This document shows positions 49,200-59,814 of a DNA stretch of 64,000 bases, piece by piece. Source of the stretch: Takakia lepidozioides (taxonomy: Eukaryota > Plantae > Bryophyta); the NCBI GenBank assembly GCA_030704615.1, contig CM060733.1:43524001-43588000 (forward strand), written 5' to 3'. Position numbers and translations under genes: made by a program. A model generated the notes under the pieces. The model was not told the origin of the DNA. It saw nothing but the letters and a program-made list of their open reading frames with translations, and ran no database searches. Each line of letters opens with the position of its first letter. Position 1 is the first letter of the stretch.

Positions 49200-50000
49200 T
49201 CGAAGAAGAACCCATAGAGGATTTGACCGACCATCAACCCAAAAGGACCTCTTGTGTGTGCTGCTTGTGTCTTGTAGTCAGGTAATGTCGGATTGGTCTG
49301 TGAGAACCAGCACGGTGCAGATGAGCAGGCAGAGATTGAAACACGGCCTGCTAAGACCAAGCTGACTCTCCCAAGAACCTTGAAACATCAGGAAGAATAC
49401 CAAATCATGGTACTAACAGGAGCCAACAGCCCACATTTGCAGGATGGACAAACTTCTTCACATCGTACATTAAGGAAAAGCCACACCTTGCCATTGCGGT
49501 TGTCGCACCATCGTGAAGGATCTTTAAAAATCTCATGCCAACTCTGCTCCGTGCTGCAAATGAAGGGCCGAGTCTGATGAGAGGGCAAAACAGGCTGAAA
49601 TAGGTCGAAGAAGAAGGTGCCCTCACCACATTGTCCTCGACCTTGTGTCATGGCCCATGGAGGATTTGACTGACCATGAACCCAAGAGGACCTCTTCAGT
49701 GTGCTGCTTGTTTCTGTAGTCAGGTAATGTCGGATTGGTCAGTGAGAACCACCACGGTGCAGCTGAGTGGGCAGAGATTGAAACACGGCCTGCTAAGACC
49801 AAACTAACTCTCCCAAGAACCTTGAAACATCAGGAAGAATACCAAATCATGGTACTAACAGGAGCCAACAACCCACATTTGCAGGATGGACAAACTTCTT
49901 CCCATCGTACATTAAGAAAAAGCCACACCTTGCGATTGCGGTTGTCCCACCATCGTGAAGGGTCTTTTAGAAACTCATGCCAGCTCTGCTCCGTGCTGTA
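49200..50000 (-). pseudogene. Duplicated captured exons with an OSB-type PDF-like motif
   Basis: EQSWHEFLKDPSRWWDNRNRK followed by a GT donor, then an exon reading TNPTLPDYK (AG acceptor intact in one copy). Present twice in tandem. Confidence 0.6.
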
Positions 50001-50315
50001 AAATCAGGGCCGAGCGGGTAGAGATTGAAACACGGTCTGCTAAGACGACACTGACTCTCCCAAGAACGGCGGGCTCCCAGCCGAAACCTCCTCACACACA
50101 TACCGTAGCGTTTCTAGGGTTGCTTGCTCCAAATGCGAAGGTTGATCCAACTGCGGGCCTCCCATGCATGTTTGCCCTCTCTCCCGCTCGCTCGCTCTAA
50201 GTCCCAACCCTCTCTCTCTCTCCCTCCCGCTCGCTCTAAGTCTGTTCACGCTACCGTGATGGGCAACTTTTTAAGTTTTTTAACCTTTTTGTAAACCCTA
50301 AAAGCCCCTCTTTGA

Positions 50316-50525
50316 TTTTTTTTTCTTTTTTTTCTTTTCTTAAAGGAAACCACAGGTCCTTGAGGAGGGGGGAAAATTCACCCGCCTTCATTTATGGGCC
50401 ATAAGACGTACAAGACGATCAACGCCCAGACATACTGTCACGAACAATCCCACACACGGGATAAGGCAGCGGGTTTGAACCCCAAACCACCAGGGCGACA
50501 CACTGTGCACTTACCAGCCGATGTG
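50316..50525 (-). mobile_element. Probable tRNA-derived SINE
   Basis: Minus strand has box A-like TCGGCTGGTAA, box B GGTTCAAACC (50472-50481) and an A-rich tail. Confidence 0.55.
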
Positions 50526-52196
50526 TTTTTTTTTTTTTTTAATTGCATTTTGTTTTTTTTTTAAATTGATTCTAGTGGTCAGAGTCTCCGTTTTTTCAAA
50601 ATATAAATACTCATATATTATATATATAACCAGAAAAGCATGTGTTGACATGTGCAGTCATGTAGTGATTCATCCATGTGATGATCTGGCAGAATGCATT
50701 AGAGTGAGAGTCATGAAGTCATATGTCTTTCTAGCAATATACACACGTCATTCTAGTGTAGCCATGACCGTGACTGGTAGTCATATCTGCCATGCCAATA
50801 TTCGTGGTCAAACATGTTTGACCTGTGTTCCGCAGAGTCCGGAGCCATGCAGTCGCATATACGCCTTCCCCAGACCTGCATTATGACTTCAAAAGCATTT
50901 TACGACTGCAAATGGCATTTCTGCCACAAATCTGTCATGACTGCGCACCCATGGGAGTCGTAAAAGCCGCAATCTGTTGTAGTGCCTTCTTGTAGCGGTC
51001 ATCTCTTTCTCGATGTGACTCTCAACCCCCTTTGTTGTCCTTCTCTCCTCAGGGGTTGACCTGTAGTATTCCAGTTTGCCACGCTCCCCTGCATCTGCAA
51101 TGTCTTGCTGCAAGGGAATGCACGAGAGTTGCATCAACCCAAGGGCAAGGGAAACAAACAGAAACAAACATGTGGAAGCAGGAATATGGAAAGGGCAGAT
51201 GAAGGAAGATGTATCTCATCGTGTACATGTACACCATGAAAGCCTCACGTGTCAACGAGTACCACGTTTCCGATGTCTTGGAGCTTTCGCACTTCTTGTA
51301 CGTCTCTGCTAAAAGGATGGTCTTGAAGTTGGTCAAGGGCATCTGCCCGATCCTTTGTATCCTATACAGTGTGTGAACCAAACTCGTTTTGACATGCGAT
51401 GTCTCCGTTCCTCTGCAGAATGATATCTGAAAGTCAGAATGAAATTCAAGGACTTTAATCAAAGAACCACGGAACTACAAGTGGAACATGTAGAATGAGA
51501 AACCAACCTGTTCACATCATTCATTGCCGTCAGAAGACCCATCATGTTCCCCTCACAATCCAGCACCATCGATCGAACAGAGTAATGCCACTCTTCCTCC
51601 TGTGAGTGCAGCCTCCCAATGACAGCCATCCATGCAAGCAACCGGTGGTTCCCATCCCAAACGTGAAACATCTTCCCCGAGAATGCCTGGGTGGAAGGTT
51701 TCCTGGAGAGAAGAAGTTCGAAGGATTCGTTCACCTGTCTCCAAATAGGATCCTAGGAGTCCACGATTGACTCATCCACAAGGAGCTCATTGCCTCTGGA
51801 ATCCTTTGTACAAACGTAAAACACTGCGGATCCATCCAAATACCCATGAACAAACTCGGCCTCTAGCTTGAGAATGTCCTTGATGAGGGGTGGTCGAACG
51901 ACGGGCATGGAAACCATCCTACACAGGGGAATCTTCAACCTCCCACCCGGGGCAAGCATACTTTGCACCACAAGCTGAGAGTTTACCTTCTGACCCCCCA
52001 GCATCTCAGCGGCTTTGCTTTCATAGAACTCATCGTCAACATCAACAATGATCTCCTTCCCCAGCCCCGAAGGGATCTCCTCCGCCACACTTTGCATCTT
52101 CTCCTGCAGGGTTGTCCATTCAAATTGATATAAGAGTGAGGCATGAGACGATGGTGTTTGAGCATGGCAGAGAGGCCATGTGTGGAAGAAAAGGTG

Positions 52197-54408
52197 AGCT
52201 CAAACAGTGTGCGTTGACGCACACTGTTTGAGCTGCAAGGTAAGTGTTCATTGAACCTCAAAGACATGCTAGGTAAGTGTTCATTGAACCTCAAAGAAAT
52301 GCCAGGTAAGTGTTCATTGAACCTCAATGAGAAGCCCTTAGTGGCCGATTTTCAAAAGAAAAAAAAAGAAAATGTGAGCTCAAACAGTGTGCGTTGACGC
52401 ACACTGTTTGAGCTACAAGATAACTGTTCATTGAACCTCAGAGACATGCCAGGTAAGTGTTCATTGAACCTCAAAGAGAAGCCCTTAGTGGCCGATTTTC
52501 AGATGACAAAGGCAATGACAAGGTGAGCTCAAACAGTGTGCGTTGACGCACACTGTTTGAGCTGCCAGGTAAGTGTTCATTGAACCTCAGAGACATGCCC
52601 TGTATTGCCGAATTTCAGAGGGAAAAAATAGTGACAAGATGGGCTCAAACAGTGTTCGCCAACGCACACTGTTTGAGCTGCCAGATAAGTGATGATTGAT
52701 CCTCAAATTCATACCCTATGTGGCCGATTTTCAGATGACAAAGGTAATGACAAGGTGAGCTCAAACAGTGTGCGTTGACGCACACTGTTTGAGCTGCCAT
52801 GTAAGTGATGATTGATCCTCAAATACATGCCGTTTGTGGCCGTTTTTCAGATGAAAAATCAATGAGAAGGTGGGCTCAAACAGTGTGCGCCAATGCACAC
52901 TGTTTGAGCTGCCAAATAAGTGTTCATCGATCCTCAGAGACATGCCCTATGTGGCCAATTTTCAAACGAAAAAGGCAATGATAAGGGTAGCTCAAACAGT
53001 GTGCGCCAACGCACACTGTTTGAGCTGCCAGGTAAGTGATGATTGATCCTCAAATTCATACCCTATGTGGCCGATTTTCAGATGACAAAGGCAATGACAA
53101 GGTGAGCTCAAACAGTGTGCGTTGACGCACACTGTTTGAGCTGCCATGTAAGTGATGATTGATCCTCAAATACATGCCGTTTGTGGCCGTTTTTCAGATG
53201 AAAAATCAATGACAAGGTGGGCTCAAACAGTGTGCGCCAACGCACACTGTTTGAGCTACCAGATAAGTGTTCATCGATCCTCAGAGACATGCCCTATGTG
53301 GCCGATTTTCAAACGAAAAAGGCAATGATAAGGGTAGCTCAAACAATGTGCGCCAATGCACACTGTTTGAGCTGCCAGGTAAGTGATGATTGATCCTCAA
53401 ATTCATACCCTATGTGGCCGATTTTCACATGACAAAGGCAATGACAAGGTGAGCTCAAACAGTGTGCGTTGACGCACACTGTTTGAGCTGCCATGTAAGT
53501 GATGATTGATCCTCAAATACATGCCGTTTGTGGCCGTTTTTCAAATGAAAAATCAATGAGAAGGTGGGCTCAAACAGTGTGCGCCAACGCACACTGTATG
53601 AGCTGCCAGGTAAGTGATGATTGATCCTCAAATTCATACCCTAAGTGGCCGATTTTCAGATGACAAAGGCAATGACAAGGTGAGCTCAAACAGTGTGCGT
53701 TCACGCACACTGTTTGAGCTGCCATGTAAGTGATGATTGATCCGCAAATACATGCCGTTTGTGGCCGTTTTTCAGATGAAAAATCAATGAGAAGGTGGGG
53801 TGTGCGCCAACGCACACTGTTTGAGCTGCCAGATAAGTGTTCATCGATCCTCAGAGACATGCCCTATGTGGCCGATTTTCAAACGAAAAAGGCAATGATA
53901 AGGGTAGCTCAAACAGTGTGCGCCAACGCACACTGTTTGAGCTGCCAAGTAAGTGATGATTGATCCTCAAATTCATACCCTATGTGGCCGATTTTCAGAT
54001 GACAAAGGCAATGACAAGGTGAGCTCAAACAGTGTGCGTTGACGCACACTGTTTGAGCTGCCATGTAAGTGATGATTGATCCTCAAATACATGCCGTTTG
54101 TGGCCGTTTTTTCAGATGAAAAATCAATGAGAAGGTGGGCTCAAACAGTGTGCGCCAAGGCACACTGTTTGAGCTGCCAAATAGTGGAGGATTGAACCGG
54201 GCATAGTGGCCCTATCTGGCCGTTTTGCACACCATCAACCAAGTAAAATGCGTGGCTCAAACAGTGTGCGTCAACGCACACTGTTTCAGCTTCCACTTCG
54301 TGGTGGATTGAACCTGCCCTAGTTCCCCAATTTGGCCGTTTTGCACATCAACAAGCCAGCAAAATGGAAGGCTCAAACAGTGTGCGTCAACGCGCACTGT
54401 TTGAGCTT
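52197..54408. repeat. Array of 19 palindromes (A/G)GCTCAAACAGTGTGCG-N4-CGCACACTGTTTGAGCT, ~116-bp period, 347-bp higher-order unit
   Basis: Starts at about 52197, 52377, 52526, 52642, 52758, 52873, 52989, 53105, 53220, 53336, 53452, 53567, 53683, 53800 (partial), 53906, 54022, 54138, 54254, 54370. Confidence 0.95.
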
Positions 54409-55805
54409 CTTGTTCGCGGTTGATGCAACCTGGCAGAGATGCCGTGTGTAGACTATGTTCATATCGAAATAGAATCTCAACTTGGGTTCACATTAGCAAT
54501 GAAGCACAAAGGTGGGTTTCAAAGATTGTACCTTTTTTTTGGCTGCTCCAGAAGACTCCCCAATTGCCGGGGACCCTTTGCGCTTCGGACTGCTCTCCAC
54601 GCCTCGCATGTTCTGGAGCATCTCCCCCATCCTCTCTTCCACTATTAGGTTCTTCGTGAGGCCAGCGTCAACATCATCTTCGGCGTCTGCCTCTCCCTTG
54701 GATGCAGTGTCCTCCTCATCTGTTCTTGGAACTATGGCAGGCTGCTGTTCTTCTCCGGATTCCTGCTCTTCCATCGCCGAACTTTCCTCTTTGCCCTCTT
54801 CTTCCGCCTTTTCCTCTTCGGCCACTCTTTCCATCCTCATTCTATATCTGGCTCTATTCCTGTTTCTAGAGCTCGTGAAGTATAATGACTTCCTTCTCTT
54901 CCTCCTCCGCTGGAAACAAGGGCTCCCCACGATGCCTCTAGAGCTCTCCAGTTTGACGTTTGCAACAAGGGTTGCTATTGCATGTAAACAAAATCAAAAT
55001 TGGACATTGTCAACCGTATTTGGATGCGGGTGTTGTTATTGTGTGCGAACGGAATTCATCCATTTCGGCGTCTTTGTATTATTCAAGAAATAAAGTGCTA
55101 GAAAATATGTACATCCGTTGCATGTACTTGTGATATATGTCAGATTTTACTTTGATGCCTGCCAATACATGGTGGCCTTCTTGCATTGTTTCAAATTCGG
55201 AAGTGCCGTAGAAATCTAATGCTAGTTCAATTTGGAGCAGTTCTTGCAGATTCGCCATAAATGTTGTGCTTCACATATGCATCCACGTGTGTCGTACTGC
55301 CTGCCATGTGCTTTGCATTTTGCCGTCATCGTCGCCATGGGGTCATTCAGTATAAAGGGTTGTGTCGGAAATGATCTTGTGTTGCACACATCCGTGCAAG
55401 GTGACTCTTGGAGTGTCAGTGTTTGTGCTGTGCTCTTCTGGCACGGCACAACCTCATTACATTCGGGGTCTTCCTGTTTACTGCTCTCCAGGGTTGTTGC
55501 CGTCTTTCCATAAAGGATGGTTTCATGTCATGTTCAGGGTTTGTTTTTCATCCAAAAACAGCACGGCTTCTTGTGGCTTCCTGTATTTGAAAACAGTTTT
55601 TCTAGTTGGTGTCTCTCAGCGTGGTTGTCTGGGAAGTTCAGTGCATGTCATTCCTACATCCTTTTGATGCATCGCCCGCAGCCTTTGGGTTAGTGCTACC
55701 CTTGTTGACCTCAATTTTTTTGTGGTGGATCCCCTTTCAAGAATTGCGGGCTATCAGTTCGGGGATTCCGTTGTGAATCGAAAGTTTCGGTCAGCGTAGG
55801 AAAAC

Positions 55806-58800
55806 ATGTCCAAGGAGCGAGATAGACTAGCCCGATTTCATTCCAATGCAGGTAGTTTTCCACTGACTGCCACTACAGACGACGATGGGTTTGCAGTTGT
55901 TCATGAGGATGAGCTGGTTACAGTGTTCCCACTGGAATTGGGTTCTCTGCTTGTTCAAAAAGAGGTGTATGACGAGGATGGGAATTTGGATTATGGACAT
56001 TTGGAGAAACCATTGGTTGGCGAGTGTGGAAGGAAGTGGAGAGTCCTTCCAGGCACATACCGTGTCCTTGGAAAAGAGAGAAGACAATCAGCAGGATCAG
56101 TCATTACCCCTGGAACTGCAGCATCGGTCGTGCAGCAAAAGGGCACAGTTCATGTGAAACAAGAGGTGAGCACATCCACTACATTCGTGACTCTTTCAGA
56201 CTCGTCCTCGGAGGATGTTTCTGAGATTCCTCCGCCAGTGCAGACTCCATTCTTGGATGAATCCGAATTGCAAGAGATAACGAGTGTCATTCCAAAATTG
56301 AAAGCCCTCGCAGGGGTGCCTGGGTGCAAGAGCGAGCTGCGTTTTGTTGATTGGGAGTCCCTTCGTGTGCAGCGGGTTCAATACGTGCTAGCAGAGTTTG
56401 ATGGGGATATCTTGTTTGAGCTCAACCCTCCCACATCTTCCAATGGACTGGCTGGGCTTCTGTAGGGCATGGACAAGAAACATGACGGATACCCTTGGTG
56501 CAGGACAAAAACGTCAAACATCCACAATGACATTGGATTGAAATTTCGAAGGTCGGTTTGCGTTGGGCATTGCAAGTGCCTGAATATATCTTGCCCTCGC
56601 CTAATAAACAACGCTCAACCAAACAAAAGTGAGTGGGAAGGTGTGCCCCTGAATCCTTTCACCCCATGACTTGCCCCTCCCAAGACCAATACTTTTGTGT
56701 GCAGGTTCTGCAAACTTTCCCCGTCCTGTGTTTCTGTGTGCCACGCTCGTATGTACCAGGTGGCACACCGATGCAAGACAATGACTCGTGCCTGCATTCA
56801 TATGGGTGCACACGAGCATCCTGTGTCCAAAGGAAGTTGCAGGGATAGCGTGGACATCGCTAGAAATCTGCTGAAGCAGGAGTTCCACAATGCCCCTTGT
56901 GCAACACCTTCTGCTATAGCGCTTGCAGCTAGCAGGCTTTCCTGGAAAAACACATACTGGGTGAAGGGGATTTGACACAACCAATGCTGGATGCAGATTC
57001 GCTTGATGCAGTGATGGACCATTTCTCCGTATTGAGCTCTCCCAATATTCGAAACCAGGTGAATGCACTCAGAGTCGGCACAGGCACTGCTGGATTCATG
57101 AACAACATTATGGACCTCAAACGGAGAAGTCGCTATGAATTCATTCAAAACAGTATCTTCCCTGGCCAGGGCTCATCCAAGGTATATTTGTTCAAGATGT
57201 CCACAGTGGGCGAAGGTAGTGGTGTGAGCATTGTCCGCCGAATGCAACCTGGAGGAGATTTGGCTAAATGTTGGTTGATGTTTGATCACTGCAAACGGGT
57301 GAAGGGTTGGACAACCATGGCATGCCATGTGTATGATCCAGCGTACCAGCGTGTGCTCTCAATAGCAATTTGTGATATGCAGTCGGAGGACACTGAATCC
57401 CAGATGCTCATGTGGAATTCGCTCCTGGCCATCATGCAGCGCAATGGAGTACAAAACACAAATTTTGCGGGCTCCATGGCTGATAGTGCACAGGCAAATT
57501 TCAATGCAGTGCGGCGCATGTTTGGTTCGGGGGATCCTAAGGTCCCAATGGAAAATAGGGAGCGCACATGCCTCTTCCATTGGAGTCAATCTCTGGCACG
57601 TCATACAAAGCGCTGCATTCGCCCTGACCTTCAGTTGGAGCACAGAAGGCTCTGTCTCAAGTACAAAAATGCCAACTCAATGGGAGAAGCTGAGAGCACT
57701 TACCAAGCAATCCGGGCTTGGTGGTTCTCCTCTGGTGCTGCTACTGGTATCCACCTGAAGGAGTTGGAGGACTGGTTGGTTTTCTAGCACTTCAGATACA
57801 GACAATGGGGAGCTTTCATGACGACGGTAAGCCTCTTGAATCCCAAAATCACAAATTTTGCATCGTGCCTCTTCATTTGGGGTTGTTGGATTGTTGCTTG
57901 CAGAACCTCTTCCATTTCCTTTCCTTCCTGACATTTCCATGCAATGCCTCCTGCAGGACATGTCCTTGGAGGACTTGGCTGACATGCCATCCTGTAATTT
58001 GGGGGAGACTGTTCATAACGCCTGGATGCAGCAATCTACCAAAGCAGGTCGTGACTTGTATGTGGCCATTGCTGATGACATGGTGCGGGCACTTACACAA
58101 CAAACCAGGTACCACAATTTTCTGATGGGACGGGGTGGAGGCAAGGGCCCCGGTACGACTTTGTTGATGCTAAGGGCTGCGAGTAGGTCCGGAGACCCAT
58201 CGAAGATGGCCAGAGCTCTGAACAGGTGCACTGAAGGCTCCCCTTTGCAATCCAGGCTCCCTCATTTGGAAGGCGAGGAAAGATTTGGATCATGCAAAAG
58301 AAAATTGAACACTCTTCCAGGGTCAGACGGAGATTCCCATCGCCCAGACAGGGTCAATTTCTCTGTGCCAAAGGTGTCTCCAGTGCAGAGTAAGTCGTGT
58401 GCCAGCCCCTTCCCAGGTGGGTCCTCCTCCAGTGGAGCAGGTGTAGAACATGCAAGCACAGCAGCAGGAATCCCATTGGAGGAGGTGGTGGCCATGGTGC
58501 AGGAATCTGATTGCATTGATAGTGAGTGGCACATGGAACGCACCCCACCATGATCTAGAGTTGCTTGCATGGCAATTCGGACCCCCTCTTTCAAGAAATG
58601 CAAATCAAAAATATGCAAAGGCTCGAGGGGGACTCCAGCTCCAACATTCACAGGGTTGTTCCGACCTTATCATAGTGGGGAGTCAAAGGACCACAAGTTC
58701 TGGTTCTGCCCAGACGATATGGCACGATGGGTCAAGGGAACAGTTCGTCCTTTGGTGATAATGAAACCCCCTCCCCCTGCAATTTGGCCTATGAAACTTG

Positions 58801-59369
58801 GGACGTCGCTGTCAACAACCGAGATAAGCATGCTGGAGGAGGGAGGGTTTTGTCTTGCACAGTCCCGGGTGGTGCCCTTGTGCACTGTCGGCACAGATGT
58901 GCCACATGCTCCAGCAATGCCTCCACCCGGTGCCGACTCCCACCCAACAAAAAGAGATGGAAAAACAGTGCGCCGTGTCGCTTTGGGTGCAGATCACGAA
59001 TGCAAGATGGAATCGGCTAGAATTTTGCAGGCTTGGGTGGCTCGTATCACCGAAGTCCCTGCCCCGGGGTATGGACGGATTTACACAGTGCTGTCTATTG
59101 GCTCAGTTCTTCATGGCAAAGAATATCAGGTTACCGTGGGGAATTTCCCTACTTGCACTTGTCCGGATTTTGTAACGATGCGTGAGGGCGCTCTCGGCAT
59201 GAGAGGGAAGTGGGTCCCCTGCAAGCATCAATATTACATATACCTTGTAATTATGTGTTGCGACGGTAAGAGAGACCAATTCATTCACCAAGCCACACTA
59301 GGCTACGGAGAAGTCATCACCCTTCTGCAGCGGGACACCTCACGTAGGGCTCCGCCAAATTCTCTTTGA
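55806..59369 (+). pseudogene. MULE transposase of subfamily C with premature stops; intron at ~57827-57956
   Basis: MDKKHDGYPW...CVGHCKC, WLMFDH, SMADSAQA, ERTCLFH, CNLGETVH and SWIM CTCPDF...PCKH. Confidence 0.88.
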
Positions 59370-59814
59370 ACACATACGAGCCATGCCCGCTTCCCACGCT
59401 GGTTTCTAGGTTACCGTGTGAAGACTTTGCATTTAGGACAAACACATACATTTCGTTCACGGAACCAGGGCAAATGCACATGCCATTCATTTTAAGCGTC
59501 TATCTGTGAATTGAAATAAAGTGTGTCAATCATTCTGAGCTCAATTCTGCCATATTTTCATATTCCTCTTTTTGTGCAGGCATTGCAGACATGGTGCATG
59601 GTGGCCCCCTTTGTTTTGTCCACGGTAATAGGCCCTCTTTTTGCAATCCTCGCCTATAGGACCTGCTTCTCCAGCAGATTTGTGCCGCTCACGCTTCCTT
59701 GAAGCGTGAGCTCAGCTCACGCTTTGTAGCTACAACGTGAGCTCAGCTCCCAGGCTCACGGGGCTGGGCTCACGCCGTAGCTACGCTGCAGTTTAGCAAT
59801 CCCCAGCAAACAAC

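Larger units (their letters stand above)
46067..50984. mobile_element. Non-autonomous CACTA element (Pack-CACTA, 4918 bp)
   Basis: TIRs CACTACAACAAATTGCGGCTTTTACG and (reverse complement) CACTACAACAGATTGCGGCTTTTACG. 3-bp TSD CCT at 46064-46066 and 50985-50987. No transposase. Confidence 0.93.
44740..54930 (-). pseudogene. ParB-like cargo gene of subfamily C, spliced, disrupted by a CACTA insertion
   Basis: KIPLCRMVSMPVVR, MFHVWDGNHR (VWDGNHR at 51642-51662), VKTSLVHTLYRIQ, FVKQLRIADP, CFFREFSK and VHKVCSH all align with subfamily A exons. The reading frame rejoins across the CACTA TSD. Confidence 0.78.
44740..59804 (+). mobile_element. MULE subfamily C (left end not visible)
   Basis: Same divergent ParB-gene/transposase layout. 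Right terminus reverse-complements to GGGGATTGCTAAAC, resembling subfamily A GGGGGTTGCTATTC. GTGAGCTCAGCTC subterminal repeats. Confidence 0.82.

Noticed and set aside
50470-50525. tRNA gene
   Set aside because: Only box A/B remnants are present, with no convincing cloverleaf. The A-rich tail favours a SINE.
52197-54408. CRISPR array (palindromic ~36-bp repeats with spacers)
   Set aside because: The spacers are ~80 bp and are themselves repeated in a 347-bp higher-order unit. There are no cas genes and the context is a eukaryotic TE.
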